Below are positions 32,950 through 46,480 of a DNA stretch of 64,000 nt, in pieces. The notes under the pieces were generated by a model. That model was not told where the DNA came from. It searched no databases and worked only from the letters and a program-made list of their open reading frames with translations. Location of the stretch: assembly GCF_009914755.1 (NCBI RefSeq), contig NC_060944.1. One strand, written 5' to 3'. The stretch's first letter is position 1. Each line of letters starts with the position of its first letter. The DNA is from the human T2T-CHM13v2.0 reference genome, Homo sapiens. The position numbers and the translations under genes are program-made.

Positions 32950-34885
32950 GCCCCCTTACCCATTTATCTGCTAAGTGGAGTTTCACTAAAACTTAGCTCT
33001 CTTCTGAGGACACTGCTTCCCCTCTATCTCTTTTAGCAGGTGAATTTTTCTCTCCCACTGTCCCTGCGACTCACTGCCAATTCCCATCCACTGGCTGGCC
33101 CTCCTCCCCAGTGCCTCCACTCTGAATATCATATTTTCAGGCTATACTAGATAGACTACACTCTTCCTTATTGTAGATATCTTTTTTGTAAGCAAATTCT
33201 TCCAGAACCTGATGTAGATATCTAATGACCACAGATGCTCTTCTCATTTTAATTTTAGCTCACTGCCACTCTTTCCAATACTCCTGTCATAATTCTTGGT
33301 GACTTCAGTATCCACACAGATGATCCTCTGAACGTACCTTTGGCCTCACAGTTCACTGACCTCCTCTCCTATGGTTCTACACTCTATCCCATCTCAGAAA
33401 TTCACTGCCAGGATTGTAAACAGGTCATGTGATTACCCAAAGTTGCAATCCCACCACAATCTTACTTTCCAAGCATCCTACTCTTCTACCACCAGCTGCA
33501 ATCTTTTCATTTTAACCCATTTATGCCTGAGGTTGCAATTTTTTGAATTTTTGCAATCAAACTTTGAGCAGTAGGATATAAATAACTTCCACATGCTTAG
33601 CATTCCAATAATGGACCACTAGGCATAAGTTAATCTCTCTAGTAGTCTGAGACTAACAATTCCCTTGGTGTGAAAGTGGCAACGTGCTTATAATGGAAGC
33701 ATGTCTTAGTTTTTGGAAGTTACATTTTGAAGTGCTTTTTTTTACGTGTCATGGTGCTTGCAACTTTCTATCAAATATTTTAGAAAAAGAGTTGCCTCTA
33801 CTTACTGTCTCTAATTCTTCTCTTCCCATTCTTCCTTCAAACCATACTACTTTCATCCCCCATCATCCCACAAAAACCATTCAATATCACCAGTGAGCTT
33901 CACACTGCTAAATCCAATGGTCATTCTCAGCCTGTATTTTATTGACCCATATTCTCACTGAAATGCCTTCTTTATTGGCAGGCTGAATACCCCGCAATTC
34001 TGAATTTCCTCCTGCTTCTCTGATAGCCTCTCCAGCTGCTCGGAATGGTCCAGGCTCATGTCCTCTACCTCTAGATGTTAGAGTGCTCCAAGGATCAGCT
34101 TTTGAACCTTTCTTTTTTACCTATATTCACTACCTTGTTGTTCTTATTCACTTTCAGAGATTTATACAATGAAGATTCTCTAATTTATATCTCTACCAGC
34201 CCTGTACTCTTAACTGTATAACCAACTGATTCCTTGGCATGTCTATTTAGGTATCAATGGGCATCTTGAACTTAATGTATGAAAAAAAAAATTCTTGATG
34301 CTCCCTTGCAAACATGTTCCATCCACAAGCTTCATTATCTGAAAATTACTCCAACAGCCATTTGATTGATCTCCCCAATTTGGTCCTTGCCCCCCACTTT
34401 AATCTACTTATCTATAGCAGCAAGAATGATCCTGTTAAATATAAAAGTCAGATTTGACTGCTCCTGAGCTCAAAACTCTCCAGTGGTTTCTCATCTCAGT
34501 CACAGAAATTCATGTCTTTATAATGGCCTACAAGGCTTTCATGTCTGGCCCCAAACTACCTCTCTGATCTCAGTTACTTCTGTCCTCCACTGTAGTCATA
34601 CTGTTCTCCTTGGATTCCTCAAACACAAGAGACAAAGTATAGCTTCAAGGATACTCCTATGCTACTTCCTCTGCTCACATAGTCTTCCTGGGCCAGGCTC
34701 ACTCCCTGACCTCTACTTTCTTTAGTTCCTGGTCAAATATGTTTCTTATATATCTGTCACCTGTTTAGTTTCTCCTTCACCGGAGTATAAGATCTGTGAG
34801 TTCAGGGATTTTTATGTTTTGTTCACACAGTGTATAGAATAATTCCCGGCACAGAGTAGGTATTCAGTAAGTATTTGATGGAGTA
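32950..34885 (+). mobile_element. L2 relic (long, fragmented; hosts the MER85)
   Basis: gtcataattcttggtgacttcagtatccac, ctaaatccaatggtc; ends cccggcacagagtaggtattcagtaagtatttg. Confidence 0.55.
33516..33629. mobile_element. MER85 piggyBac (PGBD3)-derived MITE
   Basis: TTAA TSD on both sides (33512-15, 33630-33); TIR cccatttatgcct and partial aggcataag; internal sequence gagcagtaggatataaataac...ttccaataatgga matches recalled MER85. Confidence 0.88.
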
Positions 34886-37100
34886 AGGAAGAGAAGTTGG
34901 GGTTCTGTAGAGTGCTGAGTAGAAAAAAGACCAGCTATCCACTTCACTAATATCTATTAGGCCAGAGATAGCTAAGAAAAACAGGACTTTTACCATAATC
35001 AAAAATTTAAGATTATAAACAAACATGCCATTATTTATTTCTGGATGGAATTTCATATATATTGTTTATATTCAGCTTGCATTATCTACAAAAAATATTA
35101 TGTAGATTAACTGGACTATTAATACAGGGGAAGTTATATAAAGAGTTAAAACTGATTACACTTCATTTATACGTGTATTAGAAATTCCTCAACGAGGTAC
35201 ATTTCTTGATGAAGGCCCAACTGGCTAATTATATGCATCACCTTATCTACTCCTTAGTAAGTTGGCAGGATACCTTTAGCAACGCATTGAGATAGGAAAT
35301 ACAACTTCACATACATCAAAATAATTAAGTATAACTTTCTTTAAAAATTTTATAATTCAACATTTTTACTTATTTATAATCCTAATTAATAAAATTGTAT
35401 TATTACATTTCCATAGGAACTAAAATATTGATAGAAAGAGTAGCTCATTCCAGTTGTTATGCCCACAAACCTGTTATCAGTTCCCTTAATACTTACCCTT
35501 AAGAAATTAAACTCCTCATGTTACTATACTGTATAACCCAATGTAAAAAGGTAGAACGTTTAAATAGTCTAAACTAGAATTTCTTCTGAAAAATCAAACC
35601 AAACCACAATAAATGTTAGTGATTAAGAGTACTTATTTTCCTGAAGAGGTTAATATTTTGGAGAGTCAAGCCACAGAACCAATGAATGATACGGTATAAT
35701 CTCATACTGACCCTCCGTGGTTTACTGAAGCATAACATCAAAAAAGTCCTGAGGTTCAGGGTAACTGTTACAGAAAACACACATTTCTTAAGACACAAAT
35801 TCACTGAAATACACGTCATGAAAGTACTTTGTAGTTTATAACGTTTGTAAGTATCTCTAAGCAAGAAAGTGGTATTATTAGTTCCAATTTCCATATGAAT
35901 AAACTGAGGTACAGAAAGATTGCTCAATGATCTTATATGTATAGCACACAGAAAAACCCTTTACACTTGCATGTGCATGCGTGCATGTACATAAGGATTC
36001 ACAGATAACAATACCTCATTAGGGGCCTTCAAAATATTACAGTTTAAGACCTTTGAAACTCATACATTAAAATATCAATTTTCCCCTATTCAATTAAAAG
36101 TAAAAAATATATACCCAATGTTGACGATAATTCCGTGAAACTGACACTCTTACTGATTGTTGAAGGTATTATAAGCTGGTACAACACTTCCAGAAAGCAA
36201 TTTGGCAATAACTTCAAGACACAAAAAGTATTCATGCCCTTTCTTAGTAACTCTATTTCTGGGAAACTATCCTATGAAAATAATTCAAAATATGGAAAAA
36301 GCTATAGGTTATTTATAACATCCCAGATACTTGGCATCTGGGATTTAACATTTGAGGTTTTGACACTGGTAGTTTTAACAGCTTGTGAGAGAACCACAGG
36401 TTGATCTACAGCACATGTAGAGTTGCTGTGTGAGCAAGGAAGTCACGTAACTAACTAGTGAGTTAAGCCTGAATGCTAGGCATCAGCTTCTCATTGTGGC
36501 CTGGTTGTTCTCTACTAGTCCTGACATGCTTGGAAACATTTCTAGGCTGGGAGAGATGAAAAACACACCTCTGTTTTAAAAGTTTTTAAAATTAAAAGGC
36601 CCTAAAAAGGCAAGCCAATTACTTGGCTGCTCATGAAAATGAAGAAATTTAAGAAAAGCTTGTTATTTGTGGGTTTGAGATCTGTCCTATTTTTTTTTCA
36701 ATGTTATAAGTCCACTGTAGTGAAAGATTAGAAATCTGATTGCATATTCAACAACAGAGAAATGGTAAATTAAACTGTAATCTTCTTAACCAGTGGTTGA
36801 ATTAGGATAGTGGAATTACAGATGATAATCTTTCATTTTACATTTTCACTTCATAAGGTCAACATTACCCTAATACCAAAAACCAATACGAGGAATGAAA
36901 ACTACAGATCATATTCCTCTTTGCCACAAGTACAAATATTTTTAATAAAATATTACTAAATTAAGCTGGGAATATATAAAAAGATAAGGTACCATGACCA
37001 AGGTGGGGTTTATCTGAGGAAATATAAGCAATGCTTATAACTTCCAGTTACAGATAACAGGTGTAAATACCACTTTTAGGTATTTGCCCTACATTACTAT

Positions 37101-37408
37101 GTTTTGTTTGTTTGTTTGTTTGAGACAGGGTCTCATTCTGTTGCCTAGGCTGGAGTGCAGTGGCATGATCACAGCTAACTGCAGCCTCAACCTCCTTGAG
37201 CTCAGGTGATCCTACCACCTCAGCCTCCCCAGTAGCTGGGACTACAGGCGTGTGCCACCATGCCCAGCTAATTTTTGTATTTTTTTGTAGAGATGGAACA
37301 GTTTTGCCATGCTACTCGGGCTGGTCTCGAACATCTGAGGCTCAAGTAATCCACCCACCTTGGCCTCTGAAAGTGTTGGGATTACAGGTGTGAGCCCCTG
37401 TGCCCGGT
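37101..37408 (-). mobile_element. AluJ
   Basis: J diagnostics; (GTTT)n tail. Confidence 0.9.
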
Positions 37409-38151
37409 TTCATAATTATGTTAATAAAGACACAATCTAGATGTGGTCCACTTAGTGTGGGAACCTGTATCATATATCTGTACCTTACAACTGGCATTAT
37501 ATATTTCTGAAATATTTGCTATAAAACACCTCAATCCAGTTTATTTTAGATCTGCTTTCTCAGACAACTGAACACTTCAATTTAAAAATGTTCATATTAA
37601 AATATATTCAATAAGCTCATTCTAAGATTAGAATTAAACTACAATATATTCAACTTAAAAGACAGAATTCAACATTTCTTAGAATCATAAAGTCAAGGGA
37701 CTCAAGTAAAATATTTCTTAACAGACATCTCTGAGTAGCATAATTATGTAGCCTTATGGTGGAGATTTACTGACACAGAGCTCAACCCCTTAAAGCAGCC
37801 TTCAGTTCTTCTGCGAGAAAATTCTAATAATATAGAGAATTCCTCTTTATATTATTACGTTAAAATCTACCTTCCTTCAACTTTTATCCACTGGCAGTAC
37901 TGCTAACCTGTGAGGTAATAAAAGAGATTAAGTCTTCATTTACATATTCTGCAAGTATTTAAAAATAGCTGTTAAAATCACTTTTTAGACTTTTCCTCTC
38001 CAGGCCAAATCAATTGAGTTCTCCCAACCACTTGTCATATGATACACCAGTAAACTTCATTCGTTCTTACCACCACTTCCTGCAAAAGCCAAACATTTAA
38101 AACAAATGGGTTGCAACACAGCACTTCATTCCTGTAGGAATATGCAGCAGA

Positions 38152-38215
38152 CCATCCTAGCAAATTTACTACAATAGCCAGTGTCCATCCTAGCAAATTT
38201 ACTACAATAGCCAGT
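38152..38215. repeat. Perfect 31-bp direct duplication (period 33)
   Basis: ccatcctagcaaatttactacaatagccagt x2, separated by gt. Confidence 0.9.
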
Positions 38216-38544
38216 CAATCCTCAAATATCAAAATACCCTATTTTTTTCCCAAATAAAAACCCACGCAAACATATGTTTTATTCCCAATACAAAAGCACG
38301 CTACTTATAAAAATGGAATTGGTAACAGAACACCTTTAAGTTTTAAGCAATGTTATTCCTACAACTGGTTAGTACTCTTTCTCCTAGTGACTAATATAGG
38401 CTAAAGAACTGAACCCTTATCCAAAAATATATCTGGTTTTAAAAGTTATACACATATATAATATAAACAGCAGTAATCTATAAAAACAGTATTGACTGCA
38501 GAAGTCCCTGATGATTTGCCCAACAATGTTGAAAAAAATGTGTA

Positions 38545-38852
38545 CAGTAGTCCCCCATTATCTGAGGAGGATACATTCCAGGACCCACAGTGAATGTCTG
38601 AAATCATGGATAGTACTGAATCCTATAGCTAGTATGTTTTTTCCTATACATCTACAGCTATGATAAAGTTTAACTTATAAATTAGGCACAGTAAGAGATT
38701 AACAACACCAACAATAAAACAGAATAATTACACTGTAATAAAAGTTATATGAATATAATCTCTCTTCCTCTTTCTCTTTCAAAGTATCTTATTGTACTAT
38801 ACTGGGTAACAAACTGCAGAAAGTGAAACCATGAAAAAGGGGCAACTGCTGT
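38545..38852 (+). mobile_element. MER44 (Tigger7-derived) MITE
   Basis: ta|cagtagtccccc-attatctg...aaattaggcacagtaagagattaacaac...gaaaccatgaaaaaggggcaactgctg. Confidence 0.78.
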
Positions 38853-39395
38853 TTACTACAGAATGATCCCATTTATCCCAGCTTTTATCTTTGTTTAGCT
38901 TTGACATGATTTTAATTAGTTTTGTACTAGTACTATTTTACTCTACTATGCTATATTTCTTTGACTATTCGCAGCAAGATTGAAAATCGAAGACTATGTA
39001 ATACATATTTTGTGTTAGTGAAACCTCATGAATTAAGGACTAGTGGGGGTTATGGAAGAAAAGGTCACTTAAGAATTAAACATTCAAAAGAAGTGTAATA
39101 ACTTTAGAACACGTGGTGCCTGGATTCAAGTTTCTATATCTTGAGAATACAGGCTCAAACCTAGGAAAAGCTACTCTGATAAATGGACAGGAAAAATTTA
39201 TAGTTAGTAAATCAAAGAAACCAATTAAAAATAAGTTGGTAAGAGTCTAAAATGCTAGTCATTAAGTTAGTTAAATGGTGTATGCAAATATGATGTTAAG
39301 GTCCTCACCAAAACATTTCCGGCTCCTTCATATTTAAAAGGTACTCAACATGCTGAAATTCGAAAAAGAGAAAACATTTAGTATCTAATTCTTAC

Positions 39396-39557
39396 CTGGA
39401 ACCCATTTAATTTCCATTTCCATATCATTTTCTTTGCCTTTCTTTTCTTTTTCTTGAATAACCTGCAAGAGCTGCCTGTATTTAGCAATTTGTTCTTCAT
39501 CATCCTTCTGACTTTTCTTTGTTTTCCCATCTTCTTCTACATTGACTCCATCATCAC
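39396..39557 (-). CDS. ESF1: ESF1 exon 9
   Basis: ttcattag|GTGATGAT...CCAG|gtaaga; 162 nt, phase 1-1; DDGVNVEEDGKTKKSQKDDEEQIAKYRQLLQVIQEKEKKGKENDMEMEIKWVPG. Confidence 0.95.
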
Positions 39558-39877
39558 CTAATGAAAAAAAAATTCACTTAATACACAGAAACAATTCATT
39601 TCTAACTCGTGTTCAGATCTTATGGTCACTCTCTTTTAAAAGATGCTGTTAGACCACAGGATATCAAAATCAGACTTAAATTTCTGAAAATTAAATGAAA
39701 GACTTAGGGTCTCATGTAGAATAAAAATCAGTTGCAATATAAATTTGCACTGTCATAGCAGTATGCTTGGGAATGCCCCTTTTTATTAAAATTTATATTG
39801 GATAATAATTCTGCAGTTACATAACATCTTTGGGCTTCTTTTTCCTATAAGCTGCAAGATAATGAAGATGGCATTTT

Positions 39878-41132
39878 CACCCTGTCTGGGAAGTGAGGAG
39901 CGTCTCTGCCTGGCCGCCCATCGTCTGGGATGTGAGGAGCCCCTCTGCCTGGCTGCCCAGTCTGGAAAGTGAGGAGCGTCTCTGCCCGGCCGTCATCCTA
40001 TCTAGGAAGTGAGGAGCGCCTCTTCCCGGCCGCCATCCCATCTAGGAAGTGAGGAGCATCTCTGCCCGGCCGCCCATCGTCTGAGATGTGGGGAGCGCCT
40101 CTGCCCTGCCGCCCCGTCTGGGATGTGAGGAGCGCCTCTGCCCGGCCGCGACCCCGTCTGGGAGGTGAGGAGCGTCTCTGCCCGGCCGCCCCATCTGAGA
40201 AGTGAGGAGACCCTCCACCCGGCAGCCACCCCGTCTGAGAAGTGAGGAGCCCCTCCGCCCGGCAGCCGCCCCATCTGGGAAGTGAGGAGCCCCTCCGCCC
40301 GGCAGCCACCCCGTCTGGGAAGTGAGGAGCGTCTCCGCCCGGCAGCCGCCCTGTCCGGGAGGGAGGCGGGGGGTCAGCCCCTGCCAGGCCAGCCGCCCCG
40401 TCTGGGAGGGAGGCGGGGGGTCAGCCCCCACCGGCCAGCCGCCCCGTCCGGGAGGGAGGTGGGGGGGTCAGCCCCCGCCCGGCCAGCCACCCCGTCTGGG
40501 AGGTGAGGGGCGCCTCTGCCCGGCCGCCCCTACTGGGAAGTGAGGAGCCCCTCTTCCCCGGCCACCACCCCGTCTGGGAGGTGTACCCAACAGCTCATTG
40601 AGAATGGGCCATGATGACAATGGCGGTTTTGTGGAATAGAAAATGGGGAAAGGTGGGGAAAAGACTGAGAAATCGGATGGTTGCTGTGTCTGTGTAGAAA
40701 GAAGTAGACATGGGAGACTTTTCATTTTGTTCTGTACTAAGAAAAATTCTTCTGCCTTGGGATCCTGTTGATCTATGACCTTACCCCCAACCCTGTGCTC
40801 TCTGAAACATGTGCTGTGTCCACTCAGGGTTAAATGGATTAAAGGCGGTGCAAGATGTGCTTTGTTAAACAGATGCTTGAAGGCAACATGCTCATTAAGA
40901 GTCATCACCACTCCCTAATCTCAAGTACCCAGGGACACAAACACTGCGGAAGGCCGCAGGGTCCTCTGCCTAGGAAAACCAGAGATCTTTGTTCACTTGT
41001 TTATCTGCTGACCTTCCCTCCACTATTGTCCTATGACCCTGCCAAATCCCCCTCTGCGAGAAACACCCAAGAATGATCAATTAAAAAAAAATAAATAAAA
41101 TAAAAATACAAAAAATTAAAAAAAAAAAAAAA
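39878..41132 (+). mobile_element. 5'-truncated SVA retrotransposon (VNTR ~39878-40580, SINE-R ~40580-41080, poly-A), C/D-like, antisense to ESF1
   Basis: GC-rich ~40-bp VNTR units (ccgtctgggaagtgaggagc...), HERV-K-derived SINE-R ending ...cacccaagaatgatcaattaaa, A-tail, perfect 14-bp TSD gaagatggcatttt (39864-39877, 41133-41146). Confidence 0.95.
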
Positions 41133-42479
41133 GAAGATGGCATTTTATCCCTCTTTATGTCCTCCACTATCCAGCACAGTGGCTTTAAAATGTTATGCTG
41201 AATAAATGTAGGCTGAATATTGTTGGGATGAATTCGGTTTGCAGCTATTCAGCCTGAAGAGAAGAGATAAAGGCAGTTGTTTATAATCCAAACCTAAGAA
41301 TACTGGAACCTTTCCATTTTTGAGCAAGCATGCTTACTCCAACGATCTCATTAATATATTAAGAATAAAAATGAATTAGGAGTTACTTCAATTAATTTCA
41401 CTGTGTGGAAAAACATTCACATCTGCATTTCCTAGTTCTGCAAAAATAATTAAAATACAAAGAAACAGTATAAAATTCACAGGCAACAAATACCCAAGAA
41501 AACTAATACACCAAAAAGTTTGTTCTACATTTCCACTGCAAGTCTCCAAATCAAAAACAAATCAGAAACCTGGGTTTTAATGCAAAACATACAGACTTAT
41601 TGAATTGACTGTCTCAAGTAAAGGAAACTCTACTAGCAGGATAATGAAGTCCCTCTCCTCTATAACCTATGGCTAACTGCTCACCAAAAATGTCTGACAT
41701 TATTAAGCATTTAGCTGGGAAACATCAGTGTTAACAGATTGTCCTTGTATCTTTTTTAGTTTTTAAAATTCATTTTGTCCTTGTATCTTTTTTAATTTTT
41801 AAAATTCATTTATTTTTTCTTTTTTCAGCAAGTCCTTATATCATCAATGTCCTTATATCTTAAAAAAGTGATATGGAAAAAAACTGGTTAAGTAAATATT
41901 TCTATATGTATATATTGTTTTCTTAAAATAAATAAAAAATGGTCCAGGACATTCTTTCCATCCTATCACACTTTTATTTTCATTCAAACAGCTGAAATTC
42001 ATTTTTTTCCTGTTTGTGCTTTGTGCCACAATAATAATGTTGGATGGAATTCTGTCATGTATCCCGTAATTCAATGGATAAAACATCAGGAACACATTAA
42101 CAAATGGCAAAGTATTTCTTTCTATTAAAAGCTTACTTCTGAAAACATAATTAGAAGCAAGCTCCTTCCAGGTTGAAATTTTAGTGGTAAGTCTCTGATG
42201 GCTTACTTTAAACTGATTTTTTCCAGTACTGAAATTTTACAATCTGAAGCTCTAAAATGTGGGATAAGTCATGTAGCTCTGTTTTTTCCCAATTCAAGGA
42301 CACTAGTTTGTGAAACCCTTAATACTATATAAGGAGTGAAAGAATAATAATTCTGACAGTAAGCCACCCTGCTATGCTCTCTTATAAACAATAACCAGAA
42401 ATATTCAGTAGCTTTAAGGCATTTGAATATGCTGATGTATCTATGAGAGGTACTAAATTAGATTATAGTAAATTTGTAA

Positions 42480-42865
<386 letters not shown>

Positions 42866-44157
42866 TATTTATTAAAGTTTTAAGAAATAAAAATACAAGA
42901 TACAAGGTACATCATTTCAGTATTTCCAACCATAAGCCTGGTATTATTAGATCCTCATTTCACAGCTATGGAAGAAAGATATAGGGGGTTTAGTAAACCT
43001 AATCTATGTATGGTGAAGTTAGGATTTGAAACTAGCAGAGCCCAAGCTCTTAACAAGAATGTATTAACAAATTAATGCTTATTTATTCACAATATTAGCT
43101 ACCCTAATGCCAAAAATGTCATTTTAAAATTTAGTTCAGTTCTCCCAAAACAGAAATCTATTTGAACAACTTGTATCCAATCTTCACAAGTGTACATAAA
43201 AAGTTATCTTTTTTCCTTTATCTTACAGCTGATAGTGAAGAAACACTATCCAGAATTTTCAGAAAAGTTCTAAATGCCCATATAGGCATACAAATAAAAA
43301 AGAAATACTGATAAATCATTACGTCTTTCTCCACATGTGTGAGGGGAAAAGACACAGATAGAGGAAAATTGAAAAAAGGACTCAGCTGTTCTGTGAACAA
43401 TAAAAAATAAAATGGTCATCTAGTTATTTGGAATGCCAAAAGAATTAACAAGCATCAGCCACTAAGGCCTTTAAAAAAATGTGAGGCCCTTTGCACCCAA
43501 CTTAACTCCCATTGCAAATACACATTTTCAAAGAGTATTAAATACTTAAGCAATTATGTGGTTGTATTAATATGAGATGTCTGAACAAAGAAACCAGAAT
43601 GATTAAACATGATTTTCCATACTGTTAAGGAGTAGTATTTTATGAAAAGCTTAGAAAAATGAAGCAGTGTCTTCAGGAGTCTAAAAGAAACAATGATAGG
43701 CCAATCATGGGATCTCGAAAACTCAAAAGTTAAATGGCATTATGGTCATACTAAAGAAGCATTTTAGGATTTAATTAATTTGACATTTAGGCTATAAAAA
43801 TAATACATATACAAAAAGAAAACAAAGCTATGAAAAATGTTAAGCTACAAATTAAAGAATATTCATTCTTGCTAATTTAAAATACTTTTATCTATGTTTA
43901 ACATTTATGGGTTCTTCACTTTCTGTCAGCATTAAATCTCTTACTCATAATTTTTCATGATTGGCAATTCTATTAGATAAGAAGAATGAAGATGTGAAGG
44001 TATTAGGCAGACAGTATCAACCAAAAGTTGACATGAAATTACAACCCGGCAACCAGTTTCCAAACAGAGACAGATCAAATACAGGGAAAAAGGGTTTTGG
44101 GGCTTTATGTCTACAAAGTGAGCTATTTTAAGCAAAGAGCATATACATTTAAAAGTA

Positions 44158-44596
44158 CAGCTGATTCTTCAACAACATGGAGGTTAGAGGCACCAACCCT
44201 AGGCACAGTCGAAAATCCACACGTATCTCGATTCTCCCAAAACTTAACTAATAGTCTACTGTGCAGTGGAAGCCTTACAAATAATACAGTCAGTTAACAC
44301 ATATTTTGTATGTTATATGTATTATACACTGTATTCTTATAATAAACTAGAGAAAATAAAACGTTACTAAGAAAATCACAAGGAAGATAAATATATTTCC
44401 CACGCATTACATGGAAGTGGATCACTGTAAAGGTCTCCATCCTCATTGTCATCATCACACTGGGTAGGCTGAGGAGGAGCAGGAAGAGGGGTTGGCCTTA
44501 TAGTTTCAGGGGTGGCAAACGCAGAAGAAAACCCATGTATAAGTGACCTCACACAGTTCAAACCCGTGTTGTTCAAGAGTCATCAAGAGTCAACTG
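44158..44596 (+). mobile_element. Tigger2a/MER28 MITE
   Basis: TIRs cagctgattcttcaacaacatgg / ccgtgttgttcaagagtca..actg with TA TSD on both sides. Confidence 0.82.
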
Positions 44597-44622
44597 TACG
44601 CCGTTAATCATTTCAAACATTA

Positions 44623-45000
<378 letters not shown>

Positions 45001-45059
45001 CTAACCCTTTCACTGAAGATATTAAGTTGGAATTAAGTTGGATTAAATATTATTTTATA

Positions 45060-46100
45060 AAGCTTCAAAGAGGTTAAGAAAAGAAAGAAAAGTTTCAAAG
45101 AACTGTCAAGTTAGAGAAGACTTACTATTTCAAAACCAAGAAGGGAATATTAGAGGGATGACTCCAGGGTAAAGACCTGTTTTGCTCTGAGATCATTTCC
45201 TGTTTCCTGATCCACAGAACAAAGAGCTATGAAAGTCAATTGTGGTTTTAGCAGGCTTTCAGGACCAAGAAGACAAAAGTTAAAGACCAAAAAAAAGAGG
45301 GAATTTCAATTAGTACCCTGACATTAAGCAGCCACCCAGAGGGATATACTCCCAGGGAAATGGTCAATCTGAAGTAAACCAGCCCTCATGCAGACTTTAA
45401 TCATCTGCAGAAGCCAGGGAACCTAAGCCTTAACATTTGGAGAAATGTGGTTCTAAACCAACCAAAGTAAATTAAAGTCTTCTCTGATCAAAGATACCCT
45501 AACTTCAAATGTCAAAGTAACACACAAAATTAACTAGGCACACAAATAAACAAGAGAGAAATACCTTGTAAAATAAGACACCAACCTGAAAATACATGAA
45601 ATATTAAAACAGAGACTATGAGTAAAAAATATAAAAAGTGGTATTTCTGACTTGAGAAATAGCCAAATACAACCTCCATAAGTAAAAAATATAATAACCA
45701 AGATTAAGACTGAATGGAGAGGTCTATCAGCAGATTTAACACTGCTGAAAAGACAATTAGTGATCTGGAAGATAGGTCAGAAGAAAATATCCAGAATGCA
45801 GTACAGAGACAACAGATTAAAAATTTAAGAGTAGAGATAGGCAAGATATAATGACGAGATCTAACATGTATTTAGCTGATGTCCTAAAAGGATAAAGAAA
45901 AAACATCTGAAAACATAATGGCTAAGAATATTCCAAAACTGATGAAAGATACCACTCCACAAATAAATGGAACCCAACAACAAACCTCAAGCTCCACAAA
46001 CAAAAAGAAATCTACTCTTATACTTACCATAGTAAAACTGCAGAAAGACAAAAAGAAACAGAAAACTCTAAAAGCAGTCAAAGGAATAATTACAGAAACA
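45060..46100 (+). mobile_element. Ancient L1M 5'/ORF1 relic
   Basis: aattagtgatctggaagataggtcagaagaaaatatccagaatgca...ttccaaaactgatgaaagatacc. Confidence 0.55.
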
Positions 46101-46480
46101 GGGAGTCTACTTTTTAACTAGTTGAAAAAATGGAACGTAAAAATATTTAATCAATCTAAATGATGCTCTTATTTTTTAAAAAGGCAAATGAGGGGAGATG
46201 CCTAAAAGATTGTTTTACTGGTTTACTAAGAAACTGAGTGACCATATGCATTAGGACAAGTCTAGAAGGCCATGCTTGGTTAGGTCAGGGTTTTAAACAA
46301 AATATTTATAGTTAAAGAAATTCAGGCAAAGAAAATTTTTTTTAAAAAAAATCAATCACTATCTACAGGTATATATAATACTGTGCATGTGAGCATATCT
46401 GCAGACAGAATTTGGCTTTCCCTGTAAAGCTACTGCCAAAGACCTATGTCCATTAATGGTCACTGAAAGATTAACAATAC

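Noticed and set aside
35968-35992. TGCATG cluster as RBFOX sites for the nearby candidate exon
   Set aside because: The three TGCATG copies are on the non-transcribed plus strand; the ESF1 strand has only one GCATG.
36320-36344. Hairpin atcccagat-N7-atctgggat
   Set aside because: A 9-bp stem is too short for a pre-miRNA and is expected by chance or from transposon relics.
39998-41076. GC-rich ORFs and a CpG-island-like stretch
   Set aside because: They are the VNTR and SINE-R of the SVA; neither a promoter CpG island nor protein-coding.
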